A stretch of 64,000 nt of DNA from positions 18,283-82,282 of the forward strand of contig JAKSMX010000010.1 of NCBI GenBank assembly GCA_024400305.1. The letters are read 5' to 3'. The notes under the pieces were generated by a model, which saw only the letters and a list, made by a program, of their open reading frames with translations, was not told the DNA's origin and did not search any database. This DNA is from Bacteroidales bacterium (GTDB lineage Bacteria; Bacteroidota; Bacteroidia; Bacteroidales; F082). The translations under genes and the position numbers were made by a program. Positions 48,864 through 58,265 of this stretch are shown one piece after another. Within the stretch, counting starts at the first letter, position 1. The number at the start of each line of letters is the position of its first letter.

Positions 48864-48917
48864 TACGGATATGGAACCGCTACGCGGTTCTACGGATATG
48901 AAACCGCTATGCGGTTC
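48864..48917 (-). repeat. two abutting REP-like 27-nt units
   Basis: TACGGATATGGAACCGCTACGCGGTTC at 48864-48890 and TACGGATATGAAACCGCTATGCGGTTC at 48891-48917. They lie downstream of the glycosyltransferase gene and 23 nt upstream of the ettA ATG. Confidence 0.9.
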
Positions 48918-48933
48918 CATCATCTCTAATCTC

Positions 48934-50115
48934 TCATCTCTTGTCTAAAACCTGGTTCATTGCGTCTTCCATGATCTTCGTCGCCGCCGACCAGTTATAT
49001 ACACGGTGGACGAAATCGCATCCGCTTTGCGCCATCTTCTCCGCCTTGTCTTTGTTTTTCAAGAGATATACGATGTCTGCCGCCAGCTCGTCGGAACGGT
49101 TTCCGACAAGGATGTCTTTCCCGTTTATCGCCTGGAGCGAGCCATTCGCCAACGATGTCGTGATGCATGGAATCTTCATCGACATGGCTTCAAGGAGTTT
49201 GTTTTGCAGGCCCGTGCCGATACGCATCGGTGCGATGAACACGCGGCTTTGTGCGTAGGCGTCGCGCATGTCGTCGATCCAGCCGCTCACGATGATGTTC
49301 TCGCATGCCGCCCTTCTCACCCTTATGTCGGGGTTCGCGCCGGCAATGTACAGTTTCGCATCCGGAAGTTTCTCCCACACCAAAGGCATGATTTCGTATG
49401 CAAGATATTCAACGGCATTGACATTCGGCGCATACGACATGTTTCCCGTGAAGACGACATCGTATTTTTTCTCACATTCGCGCGGAGCGTAGTAATCGTA
49501 ATCGACGCCGTTCGGGACGATGAGTATTTTCTTTTTTTCCGGATGGTCGATTTCGTTGCGGTCAGGCTCACTGATTATCGTCTTGACATCGAACTCGTCA
49601 AAAACACGGCATTCATATTTCCTGAGTCTTTCATATTCCATCATGAACAACATCCTTGAAAAAGGGCCTGCCACATCAGCCCTGCGTTTCATCCCCATCG
49701 AAAAAACATCTTGATAATCAATGGTTTTAGGCAATTTTATTTTATGGAGATAAGGAGCCACGCGCAACAACTGTCCGAAAAGCATGTCAGGTTTATGCGA
49801 CTCGATGAGTGAATGGATTTTCTTCTTCGCCTTTGAGCTGTAGAAGCAACCGCATTGCAGAGGCAGCCCGAGGAAAAACGACCTCACGATGTTGAACGCC
49901 GCGATAGGTTTAGGCAAATCGATGAAATTCACCGATGCGCAATATGGCTGCAACGCATGAAACGCCGCCTGTTTGTCAAGGTTCGAATCGAAATTCAGAG
50001 CGCACAGCACAATCTCGTTGTTTCTCGACAGCTGTCTGACCTGATTGTACGCCCTCAGTTTGTCGCCTTTCTCAAGCGGCCACGGGATCCTCGGTAATAA
50101 TACAAATATCTTCAT
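48934..50115 (-). CDS. glycosyltransferase family 4 (GT-B fold)
   Basis: MKIFVLLPRIPWPLEKGDKLR N-terminus and a C-terminal GT1-type E...E region (GTGLQNKLLEAM). Confidence 0.7.
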   Translation of the reverse strand: MKIFVLLPRIPWPLEKGDKLRAYNQVRQLSRNNEIVLCALNFDSNLDKQAAFHALQPYCASVNFIDLPKPIAAFNIVRSFFLGLPLQCGCFYSSKAKKKIHSLIESHKPDMLFGQLLRVAPYLHKIKLPKTIDYQDVFSMGMKRRADVAGPFSRMLFMMEYERLRKYECRVFDEFDVKTIISEPDRNEIDHPEKKKILIVPNGVDYDYYAPRECEKKYDVVFTGNMSYAPNVNAVEYLAYEIMPLVWEKLPDAKLYIAGANPDIRVRRAACENIIVSGWIDDMRDAYAQSRVFIAPMRIGTGLQNKLLEAMSMKIPCITTSLANGSLQAINGKDILVGNRSDELAADIVYLLKNKDKAEKMAQSGCDFVHRVYNWSAATKIMEDAMNQVLDKR

Positions 50116-50133
50116 TTTAATTTTTATTTCAAA

Positions 50134-51417
50134 TCAGTCTCCGGACTTACATCTCCCGTCCGTCGTCTCCCATTTCTCCACCGCGCCCTCTTTCATATTC
50201 TTCAGCTCCGTTATCACCCTCTCCGATATTATCTCATTATAAAAAATCTGCAACCTGTTGATTATCTTTTTGTTATCATATAATTCCTCAACAAGTTTCC
50301 TTGCCTTGCGTCCGATTAATTCAGCCTCTTCAGGATGGTTGTACAACCTGCACACGGCTTCCACCATCTTCGGCACGTTTTCTGCAATGATAATATCTTC
50401 ATATTCAGTGTATTGTATGCCTTCCGCACCGACTATCGTGGTGATGACGGCTTTTCCGAGCGCCATCGATTCTATGATTTTTATCCTGATTCCGCTTCCA
50501 GAAAGCAATGGGACGACCGCCACGTCGTGTTGTTTCACAAACTCCTGGGCATCAGGCACTTCACCAACAACCGAGACGCCTTTTTTCTTCAGTTTCTTCA
50601 GCCATTTCGGCATGTTTCTGCCTGCGAGATAAAGCTTCGCGTTCGGGACCCTTTCGTTGATTTTGTCCCAGATCTCCGTCAGGAACCATCTCATCGCCTC
50701 CTCATTCGGTCTCCAGTTCATCGAGCCTATGTGATAGAAAGACGGTTTTTTATTTGTCTCGTAACTTGGAATGAACTTATTCAGGTCGATTCCGTAAGGG
50801 ATGTCGATGACCGGCGTCGCCGTGATGCCACGGAAAAACGCCGCGTCGGTATAAGTTATGGCGGCTATGCCGTCAACCTTGTCGATGACGCCCAACTCAT
50901 ATTTCTTGAGGGTGCGGGCCAGATGTGTGAGATAAAATCTCTTGAGCAGAAAAATCTCCTTCTCCGCCATACGCTCCCAGATCTGATGCTCCACATTATG
51001 CGCGCGCAGCACAATCTTCGCGTCGGAATGCGCCCGAATCGTCTCGATATAAGGAGCCATGTAAATCATCTCAAGCTGCACTATATCGAACTCCTCTTCT
51101 TCCAGAACTTTTACGAGACGTTTTTCAAACGCGCGTGATATAAAACGCTGGACGTGATACGACTCATCGGTAAAAAGATTCTTGAAAGCCTTTATCTTAT
51201 TGATTCTCAAATTGACATCAATAAATTCTATCCTCGTCTTTCTCTTGTATTCAGCCGGAATATCTTTCAAATCAACATGATATTTCTCGCTGTTGAAAGC
51301 CATCACCTTCACCTGATGTCCGGCTTCTATCAGTCCCGTCACAATGCTGTTGATTGCCATCGGGCCGCCTTCACCCGGCGGAAACGGAGACTTGTTGCAG
51401 AGAATTAAAATGTTCAT
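50134..51417 (-). CDS. glycosyltransferase family 4 (GT-B fold)
   Basis: MNILILCNKSPFPPGEGGPMAI N-terminus and a GSGIRIKIIESMALGK motif. The ATG at 51417 is preferred to the TTG at 51423. Confidence 0.7.
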   Translation of the reverse strand: MNILILCNKSPFPPGEGGPMAINSIVTGLIEAGHQVKVMAFNSEKYHVDLKDIPAEYKRKTRIEFIDVNLRINKIKAFKNLFTDESYHVQRFISRAFEKRLVKVLEEEEFDIVQLEMIYMAPYIETIRAHSDAKIVLRAHNVEHQIWERMAEKEIFLLKRFYLTHLARTLKKYELGVIDKVDGIAAITYTDAAFFRGITATPVIDIPYGIDLNKFIPSYETNKKPSFYHIGSMNWRPNEEAMRWFLTEIWDKINERVPNAKLYLAGRNMPKWLKKLKKKGVSVVGEVPDAQEFVKQHDVAVVPLLSGSGIRIKIIESMALGKAVITTIVGAEGIQYTEYEDIIIAENVPKMVEAVCRLYNHPEEAELIGRKARKLVEELYDNKKIINRLQIFYNEIISERVITELKNMKEGAVEKWETTDGRCKSGD

Positions 51418-51437
51418 TTCCAATAATGTTTAAAGCG

Positions 51438-52916
51438 TTATAAATTATTTTTCGAGCCGACATCACCGACTTTTTTCCTGCTGAATACTTTCTTCCACGA
51501 CTCCATGTCAAGAAGTGCCGAGTCGGTAGTCGCCTTGAAAGTGAGGAAGAAACCTATCGGGAACAGCACTATCGACGAAAGCCACGTGCCGAGGAACACC
51601 GGCATGTCGCCCGACAAGGCAACACGTTCGGAGGTGATGCTGATGACGTAATAGATGACGAAGAACACCACGCTGACGACGACGGGCATTCCGAGGCCGC
51701 CCTTGCGGATGATGGCGCCGAGCGGGGCTCCTATGAAGAAGAACAGCAGGCACGCCACGCTCAACGTGAACTTCGTGTGCAGCACCTGCTGATGCTTGCG
51801 GATATTGAGATCCCTGCGCTCGAAGTCCTTCCTGTTCATGACGACATTGTCGCGGATATTGTTTGTCGCCGAAACCGCCATGTCAATCACGGTTTTGCCG
51901 ACAACTCCCTTGAAATTGCTGACCAAAGGCCACCTGAATGTCTCGATGGTGTCGTCAACAACCGCATCGCCCATCCTCCTCTGCGACCTGTCGTCAAAGC
52001 CGGTGAATGCGCCAAGTCCGGAGTTCATGTTCTGATATCTCCTGAAACTGTTTTCCTTGAAACGTTCCTTGTCTCTCATATATATGTTATACAAAGAATC
52101 TATCGAATAGTTCAATTGTTTTATGTTCATCATGTTCTGATGGCTCTTGAAAGCGTCCTCGTCGGTATGACCGAGGTCGAACTGCGACATGTCGAACGTT
52201 ATTATCTGCCTCTTGAACGACATTTTCTGGAAAGGACGGCGGTTTCTGTATTCCTTGTCGTCAACGACCTCGCTGTAGTTATATCCGTCGTAGAGTGTGA
52301 AAATCATCTCGCGCTGGCTCGGAGTCATCGCCATGTAGCCGGAGTCGGCCACTATCACCGTTGTGTTGCCCTTGTCGGCGGTATGGTCGTAAATCATCAC
52401 TTCGTAAAGCGACTTGCCGTCGTCGCCTTTCTTCCCGACGCGGATGACGTATTTGTCGATGCCGCGGTAGAAAACGCCCTCCGGGATTTCGAGCGTCATC
52501 TTCTTGCGGGAGACATCGTAAAGCATCGACGACATCTTCAGGTTCGCGTAAGGAAGCACGTTATTGGAGAAGAAAAAAGCCATGACGCTCATCACTATTG
52601 AGAAATAAAGCAGCGGACGCATCACTTTCCACACCGAAATGCCACTTGCCTTCATCGCCACGAGCTCGTAATATTCGCCCATGTTCCCGAAGCACATCAG
52701 CGACGAAAGAAGTATCGCAAGCGGCAGCGCCATCGGCACAAACGTGACCGAAGTGTAAAACAAAAGCTTCGCCATCACACTGATTTCCAAACCTTTGCCA
52801 ATGAAATCCTCCACCCATTGCCAAAGGAACTGCATCAGCAAGATGAAGATCGCAATAACAAACGTGAAAATAAACGTGCCGATATATTGACGTATGATAT
52901 ATTTATACAGTTTCAT
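51438..52916 (-). CDS. LptF/LptG-family (YjgP/YjgQ) permease
   Basis: MKLYKYIIRQYIGTFIFTFVIAIFILLMQF is a typical family N-terminus. TM helices flank a periplasmic domain. A minus-strand TATATTTG box lies at 52934-52941. Confidence 0.8.
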   Translation of the reverse strand: MKLYKYIIRQYIGTFIFTFVIAIFILLMQFLWQWVEDFIGKGLEISVMAKLLFYTSVTFVPMALPLAILLSSLMCFGNMGEYYELVAMKASGISVWKVMRPLLYFSIVMSVMAFFFSNNVLPYANLKMSSMLYDVSRKKMTLEIPEGVFYRGIDKYVIRVGKKGDDGKSLYEVMIYDHTADKGNTTVIVADSGYMAMTPSQREMIFTLYDGYNYSEVVDDKEYRNRRPFQKMSFKRQIITFDMSQFDLGHTDEDAFKSHQNMMNIKQLNYSIDSLYNIYMRDKERFKENSFRRYQNMNSGLGAFTGFDDRSQRRMGDAVVDDTIETFRWPLVSNFKGVVGKTVIDMAVSATNNIRDNVVMNRKDFERRDLNIRKHQQVLHTKFTLSVACLLFFFIGAPLGAIIRKGGLGMPVVVSVVFFVIYYVISITSERVALSGDMPVFLGTWLSSIVLFPIGFFLTFKATTDSALLDMESWKKVFSRKKVGDVGSKNNL

Positions 52917-53031
52917 CGATAAAAATAAAGTTGCAAATATAACGATTTTATCTTTATGTAATTGTAAATATCGAAAAAAGATTTGACCTAATTTCTTTCA
53001 ATTTTCAGCTGTTGCATTTTGGCTAAAATCG

Positions 53032-53039
53032 TACTTTTG
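53032..53039 (+). promoter_or_regulatory. -7 promoter box TACTTTTG upstream of the PAS-like gene
   Basis: TAnnTTTG match 26 nt upstream of ATG 53065. Confidence 0.4.
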
Positions 53040-53064
53040 CAAAAAATTTCAAACGCTTAAAAAA

Positions 53065-53385
53065 ATGAATTTCGACTACTACAGATCAATAAACGTCAGC
53101 ATCACAATTTGTGACACTGAAGGAATCGTCGTTTATCAGAATGAAAAATCACTCGCCACTTTCGGCGACAAGGTCGGGCAGAGCATGATGCCGTGCCATC
53201 AGCAGCGTTCGCAGGATATAATACATCACCTCTTGGACGATGCCGCCACCAACGTCTATACCATTGACAAGAAAGGAGTTAAGAAGATGATTTACCAGAC
53301 CCCGTGGTTCGAGGACGGCGTGGTGAAAGGTCTCATTGAGTTCTCGATGGTGCTGCCGGAAGAAATGCCGCACTACGTGAGGTGA
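53065..53385 (+). CDS. small stand-alone PAS-like domain protein
   Basis: 106 aa. Contains ITICDTEGIVVYQNEKSLATFG and a conserved MPCH motif. Assignment is by resemblance only. Confidence 0.45.
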   Translation: MNFDYYRSINVSITICDTEGIVVYQNEKSLATFGDKVGQSMMPCHQQRSQDIIHHLLDDAATNVYTIDKKGVKKMIYQTPWFEDGVVKGLIEFSMVLPEEMPHYVR

Positions 53386-53387
53386 TC

Positions 53388-53558
53388 AGAGGAGAGAGGA
53401 GTGTTAAGAGTTAAGAGAGGAGAGTTAAGAGTTAAGAGAGGAGAGTTAAGAAAATGCGGAGCGGCGCTGGATTGTTTCTAAAATTACCAACATCGCTTTG
53501 CGTTATCTCTCCTCTCTCAACACTCCTCTCTCAACACTCCTCTCTCAACACTCCTCTC
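53388..53558 (-). terminator. long inverted repeat between convergent genes. The purine-rich arm (GAGAGGAGAGTTAAGAG modules) pairs with a CU-rich arm of four CTCCTCTCTCAACA repeats
   Basis: In the minus (ackA) sense, GUUGAGAG pairs with CUCUUAAC using G-U wobbles. In the plus sense the same positions are A-C mismatches. The element begins directly after the ackA stop codon. Confidence 0.6.
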
Positions 53559-54761
53559 TCAACACTTAACTAAATCAAAGGTGTCCTTTGCGATCATGTA
53601 TTCCTCATCTGTAGGATACACGACGACTTTCACCTTTGAGTCGGGTGTCGAGATGACGGCTGCGTCGCCCATGATTGTCTGGTTGAGAGCCTTGTCGTAT
53701 TTGATTCCGAGGAACTCCATGTTGTCGAGGATGGCCTCGCGCATGAACCATGCGTTCTCGCCGATGCCGCCTGTCATCACGAGGACGTCCATGCCGTTCA
53801 TGATGGCCGCGTATGCGCCGATGTATTTCTTGACGCGGTGTGAGAACATGTTGAATGCGTAGGTGCAGCGTTCGTCGCCAGCGTCGCGGCCGGCGCGGAC
53901 GTCACGCATGTCCTGTGAGTTGCCGGTGATGCCGATGAGACCCGACTTCTTGTTCACCAACGTGTTCATCTCCTTTGTGTTATATCCGGTCTTGTCCATG
54001 ATGTACATGAACGCGCCGAGGTCGAGGTCGCCGGTGCGGCTGCCCATCACGAGGCCTTCGACGGGTGTGAAGCCCATTGACGTCTCCACCGACTTGGCGT
54101 TTTCGACCGCCGCTATTGACGCGCCGCTGCCGAGGTGGCAAGTGACGATCTTGCAGTTGTTCCAGTCCATGCCTACGAACGCGGCGGCTTTCTCGGCCAC
54201 GAACTTGTGGCTGGTGCCGTGGAATCCGTAGCGGCGGACGCGGTATTTCTCGTAGTATTCAAACGGCACTGCGTAGAGGTAAGCCTCCGGCGGCATTGTG
54301 GCGTGGAACGAAGTGTCGAACACCGCAGCCATCGGGATGCCCGGAAGCACTTCCTGCATCGCGGCGATACCCTGCAAGCTGCCCGGGTTGTGCAACGGAG
54401 CGAGGTCACAGAGATCCTTGATGCCCTGGATGACTTCGTCGTTGATGCGGACGCTCTTGGTGAACTTCTCGCCGCCGTGCGCCACGCGGTGACCGACAGC
54501 ATTGATTTCGTCCAACGACTTGATGACGCCGTATTCGGCATTCGTCAATGCAGCGAGCACGATCTTGATGCCTTCCGTGTGATTCGGGATAGGAAGCTGT
54601 TCGTAGTGTTTCTGGCCGTTCCATTTGTGAGTGAACTCGCCCATCTCGAGTCCGATGCGTTCGAGAAGGCCTTTCGCCAATACCGAGTGATTGTTTTCAT
54701 TCATGTCAATCAGCTGATATTTGATTGACGATGAACCGCAGTTTAAAACTAATATCTTCAT
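53559..54761 (-). CDS. ackA: acetate kinase
   Basis: MKILVLNCGSSSIKYQL N-terminus and HGGEKF and GFHGTSH motifs. Confidence 0.95.
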   Translation of the reverse strand: MKILVLNCGSSSIKYQLIDMNENNHSVLAKGLLERIGLEMGEFTHKWNGQKHYEQLPIPNHTEGIKIVLAALTNAEYGVIKSLDEINAVGHRVAHGGEKFTKSVRINDEVIQGIKDLCDLAPLHNPGSLQGIAAMQEVLPGIPMAAVFDTSFHATMPPEAYLYAVPFEYYEKYRVRRYGFHGTSHKFVAEKAAAFVGMDWNNCKIVTCHLGSGASIAAVENAKSVETSMGFTPVEGLVMGSRTGDLDLGAFMYIMDKTGYNTKEMNTLVNKKSGLIGITGNSQDMRDVRAGRDAGDERCTYAFNMFSHRVKKYIGAYAAIMNGMDVLVMTGGIGENAWFMREAILDNMEFLGIKYDKALNQTIMGDAAVISTPDSKVKVVVYPTDEEYMIAKDTFDLVKC

Positions 54762-54772
54762 GTTATGATAAT

Positions 54773-55783
54773 TTATTGTTTCTGAGCTATTGCCTGATTA
54801 CATGTGATGGCGACGAGTTTATACACGTCGTCGATGGAGCAGCCGCGGCTGAGGTCGTTGCACGGCTTCGCAAGTCCTTGGAGGACAGGTCCCACGGCTT
54901 CGGCGCCGGCGAGACGCTGGACGAGTTTGTAAGCGATATTACCGACTTCGAGGCACGGGAACACGAGGGTGTTGGCTTTGCCTGCGACCTTGCTGCCCGG
55001 TGCCTTGCTCGAGCCGACTGACGGCACGATGGCGGCGTCGGCCTGCAGTTCGCCGTCTAAAAGGAGGTCAGGACGACGTTCCTGAGCGATGTTGGTGGCT
55101 TCGATGACTTTGTCAACGACTTCATGTTTCGCGGAGCCTTTTGTAGAGAAGCTGAGTATCGCCACTGCCGGGTCGATCTTGGCGATGTTCTTTGCGGTGT
55201 CGGCGGTGCAGATAGCGATTTCGGCGAGCTGTTCGGCTGTCGGCATCGGTGTGACGGCGCAGTCGGCGAACACCATCTTTCCGTCGGTGCCGTAAGGGCA
55301 TCCTTCCGGGAGGAACATGATGAACGCGCCGGAGACGCATGTCACGCCCGGTACGGTCTTGATGATCTGGAGTGCGGGACGGAGCATGTCGCCCGTGGTG
55401 CTGCGCGCGCCGCTGACGAGACCGTCAGCTTCACCGGCTTTCACCAACAGGATGCCGAGGTACATGAAGTTCTCGGCGAGACCTTCGGCCTGTTCCATCG
55501 TCATGCCTTTGTTCTTGCGGATCTCGTAAAGCATCTCCGCGTATTTCTGTCTGTCGGGGTTGTCCTTCGGGTCGATGATGCGTGCCTTGCTGATGTTCTT
55601 CAGCCCGAACTCCGCCGTCATGTCGGCGATTTTCTGCGCCGGTCCGATCAGGATGACATCGGCGATGCCGTCGGCGATGATGCGGTCAGCCGCTTTCAAT
55701 GTTCTCGGTTCGTCTCCCTCGGGAAGCACGATGCGCTGTTTTTTAGCCTGCGCGTTGGCTATTATCTGTTCAATGAGTCCCAT
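54773..55783 (-). CDS. pta: phosphate acetyltransferase
   Basis: RIVLPEGDEPRTLKAA and LSFSTKGSAKH motifs. A minus-strand TATTTTTG box lies at 55819-55826. Confidence 0.9.
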   Translation of the reverse strand: MGLIEQIIANAQAKKQRIVLPEGDEPRTLKAADRIIADGIADVILIGPAQKIADMTAEFGLKNISKARIIDPKDNPDRQKYAEMLYEIRKNKGMTMEQAEGLAENFMYLGILLVKAGEADGLVSGARSTTGDMLRPALQIIKTVPGVTCVSGAFIMFLPEGCPYGTDGKMVFADCAVTPMPTAEQLAEIAICTADTAKNIAKIDPAVAILSFSTKGSAKHEVVDKVIEATNIAQERRPDLLLDGELQADAAIVPSVGSSKAPGSKVAGKANTLVFPCLEVGNIAYKLVQRLAGAEAVGPVLQGLAKPCNDLSRGCSIDDVYKLVAITCNQAIAQKQ

Positions 55784-55859
55784 TTTGTAAAATTTATACG
55801 TTCAATTTTTAAATTTTGCAAAAATACAAATCTTATCTGAAATATAAAACTTTTTTCAA

Positions 55860-55867
55860 TAATTTTG
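55860..55867 (+). promoter_or_regulatory. -7 promoter box TAATTTTG upstream of the DUF4271 gene
   Basis: TAnnTTTG match 23 nt upstream of ATG 55890. Confidence 0.4.
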
Positions 55868-55889
55868 CAAACTGAAATATCAAACAAAG

Positions 55890-56630
55890 ATGACAGGCCT
55901 CGAAATTGGTTTTCAGATTATTACCGAAAACACAGCAAAAAGTTTGGACGAGAAGGTGCGTATCATGGAGAGCGTCGCACCGTCGTGGAATTTCATCGTG
56001 ATATTCTCCGCCATCCTCGGGCTGGCATTGATCAAGCATTTTGCGCCGAAACGTCTTAAAATCGTCATGTCGATGCTCTACCAGAGTTCCGACACCGAAA
56101 AGATGACGCGCGAGTGGAACCCGCTCACAAGCATCAGCGGGTTCATCATCGCGGCATCGTACATCGCCTTGGTCTCGCTTCTCATCCAGAAATCCGTCCT
56201 TATATACAACGGAAACTCGATTTTATACGGAGGCTGCGACTTCTACCTGGAAGCGTGCGTCTTCACAAGCGCATATATTTTGGTCCAATACCTTTTTATA
56301 AACATCTACGGATGGCTGTTCAACACTCAAGTAGCATCACAGCACCAAGCGATCACCCACCTTTCGATGGCCACGACCTTGAACCCAGTCTTATCAATGC
56401 TGCTGTTGGTCATGGCCTTCTATCCGATGAAGATTTTCGCCATCACCGGGCTTGTAATCATAATCATTTTCACGGGCGTCAGGATAGCAAAAACATTTGT
56501 CGAATTTCAATTTTTCATAAAAGGTGAAACATTAAATATTTTTTTGTATCTTTGCACGCTCGAAATCATACCGTTTTCAGTTGCATTGACAATGATATTC
56601 AGGATGATTGCAACTGATTCTGTATTATAG
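55890..56630 (+). CDS. DUF4271-like multi-pass membrane protein
   Basis: About six TM helices. Its position immediately upstream of a hemD-like gene is the usual Bacteroidota arrangement. Confidence 0.55.
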   Translation: MTGLEIGFQIITENTAKSLDEKVRIMESVAPSWNFIVIFSAILGLALIKHFAPKRLKIVMSMLYQSSDTEKMTREWNPLTSISGFIIAASYIALVSLLIQKSVLIYNGNSILYGGCDFYLEACVFTSAYILVQYLFINIYGWLFNTQVASQHQAITHLSMATTLNPVLSMLLLVMAFYPMKIFAITGLVIIIIFTGVRIAKTFVEFQFFIKGETLNIFLYLCTLEIIPFSVALTMIFRMIATDSVL

Positions 56631-56656
56631 GGTTAACGTATAATTTTTTATAAAAG

Positions 56657-57424
56657 ATGAAAGTCAAGAACATATTAGTTTCACAGCCCAAGCCGGCGGA
56701 TATCACGAAGACTCCGTATGAGGCCCTCATAAAAAAATACAATGTCAACATTGAATTCGAGAAATTTATCAAGCTCGAAGGCGTTGACCCACTTGAGTTG
56801 AGGCAGGATCACGTGAAACTTCCCGAATACACAGCTGTCATCCTGACGAGCCGCAACACCGTTGACCATTTCTTCAGCATCGCCAAGGAGATGCGTTACA
56901 CAGTGCCTGACGAACTGAAATATTTCTGTCTCAACGAGTCAACAGCGCTGTATCTGCAACATTACATCCAGTTCCGCAAGAGGAAGATTTTCTTCGGCAA
57001 CCAGACTTTCGCCGAACTCATCGAGGTGATGAAGAAGCACAAGGAAGAGAAGTTTTTCCTTCCGACGTCAAACATCACGACGAGCGAGGACTACGGCGAG
57101 ATGATGAGGGAGGCGGAGTTGACATTCAAGAAGGCCGTGATTTTCCGCACCGTGCCGTCGGACCTCAAAGACATCGTTGACATCAAGAAGTTCGACATGC
57201 TCGTGTTCTTCAGCCCGGCCGGAATCGAGTCGCTGAAGACCAACTTCCCGGACTTCGAGCAGGGCGAGGTCGCCATCGGCGGACTCGGGCAATCGACATG
57301 CAAGGCCATCACCGACGCCGGATTCAACCTCAGCTTCGCCGCACCGACAGAGACTGCGCCGTCAATAACAATGGCAATAGAGGAATACCTCGGAGCCGGG
57401 ACAAAGAAATCCAAGAAGAAATAA
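56657..57424 (+). CDS. uroporphyrinogen-III synthase-like (HemD family) protein
   Basis: MKVKNILVSQPKP N-terminus, with AVILTSRNTVDHFF and VFFSPAGIESL motifs. Confidence 0.7.
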   Translation: MKVKNILVSQPKPADITKTPYEALIKKYNVNIEFEKFIKLEGVDPLELRQDHVKLPEYTAVILTSRNTVDHFFSIAKEMRYTVPDELKYFCLNESTALYLQHYIQFRKRKIFFGNQTFAELIEVMKKHKEEKFFLPTSNITTSEDYGEMMREAELTFKKAVIFRTVPSDLKDIVDIKKFDMLVFFSPAGIESLKTNFPDFEQGEVAIGGLGQSTCKAITDAGFNLSFAAPTETAPSITMAIEEYLGAGTKKSKKK

Positions 57425-57425
57425 T

Positions 57426-57818
57426 TTGGAACCGACGGAAGGATTACCGAAGACGCAGCGCCTCTACAGGAAAAAGGAGATCGGCTCTCTTTTCGAGGCG
57501 GGGAAAGGATTCAACGCATATCCTTTCAGGGTCATCGTTTATTCCCACAAAGCTGAGAGTCAAAAAGATGCCATCCCGCGCATCCTCGTTTCCGTTTCCA
57601 AGAAACGTTTTCACCACGCTGTGAAACGCAACAAAGTGAAACGCCTCATCCGCGAGAGCTGGCGCCGAAACAAACAAAATCTGATGAGCATCTGCAACGA
57701 GAACAATATCACGCTCGACATTGCGTTTGTTTACACGGCGACGTGCATCCTGACATACGAAGAGATCGCATCGAAAATGTGCGGAATCACCAAACGTCTG
57801 GAGGGCAAAATATGCTGA
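57426..57818 (+). CDS. rnpA: ribonuclease P protein component
   Basis: Basic RNR-like motif AVKRNKVKRLIRESWR. The start is uncertain: the ORF opens with TTG at 57426. Confidence 0.75.
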   Translation: MEPTEGLPKTQRLYRKKEIGSLFEAGKGFNAYPFRVIVYSHKAESQKDAIPRILVSVSKKRFHHAVKRNKVKRLIRESWRRNKQNLMSICNENNITLDIAFVYTATCILTYEEIASKMCGITKRLEGKIC

Positions 57819-58045
57819 AGTTCATTGTCAACATCCCGGCAAACATAATGATATTTCTCATTTATGTATATAAATTCACGCTGTCGCCGATTATCGGACG
57901 CAACTGCCGCTACACCCCGACATGCTCCACCTACGGCATCCAGGCCATAAAGAAATATGGGGCGATAAAAGGCGGATGGCTGACAATCAAGAGGATAGCG
58001 TCATGCAACCCGTGGGGCGGAAGCGGATACGACCCTGTGCCGTGA
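57812..58045 (+). CDS. yidD: membrane protein insertion efficiency factor
   Basis: SPIIGRNCRYTPTCSTYGIQAIKKYG and CNPWGGSGYDPVP motifs. The start overlaps the rnpA stop. Confidence 0.9.
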   Translation: MLKFIVNIPANIMIFLIYVYKFTLSPIIGRNCRYTPTCSTYGIQAIKKYGAIKGGWLTIKRIASCNPWGGSGYDPVP

Positions 58046-58118
58046 AGAGAAAAAAAGTGTTAAGAGAGGAGTGTTAAGAGTTAAGAGTTAAGAGAAGAGA
58101 GTTAAGAGAGAAGAGAGT

Positions 58119-58262
58119 GCCTGCAAGGCACTACCTTAATAACCGAGTACATAGAGGCGCAGCCGATATGTGCCCGGCATAAAAAATAAAGCCTGCAAGG
58201 CACTATCTTAATAACCGAGTACATAGAGGCGCAGCCGATATGTGCCCAGCATAAAAAATAAA
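58119..58262 (+). repeat. two tandem 72-bp units GCCTGCAAGGCACTA.CTTAATAACCGAGTACATAGAGGCGCAGCCGATATGTGCCC.GCATAAAAAATAAA
   Basis: Units at 58119-58190 and 58191-58262 differ at 2 positions. They are preceded by a purine-rich GTTAAGAG tract (58046-58118). The array ends 3 nt before the ctp ATG. Confidence 0.9.
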
Positions 58263-58265
58263 AAT

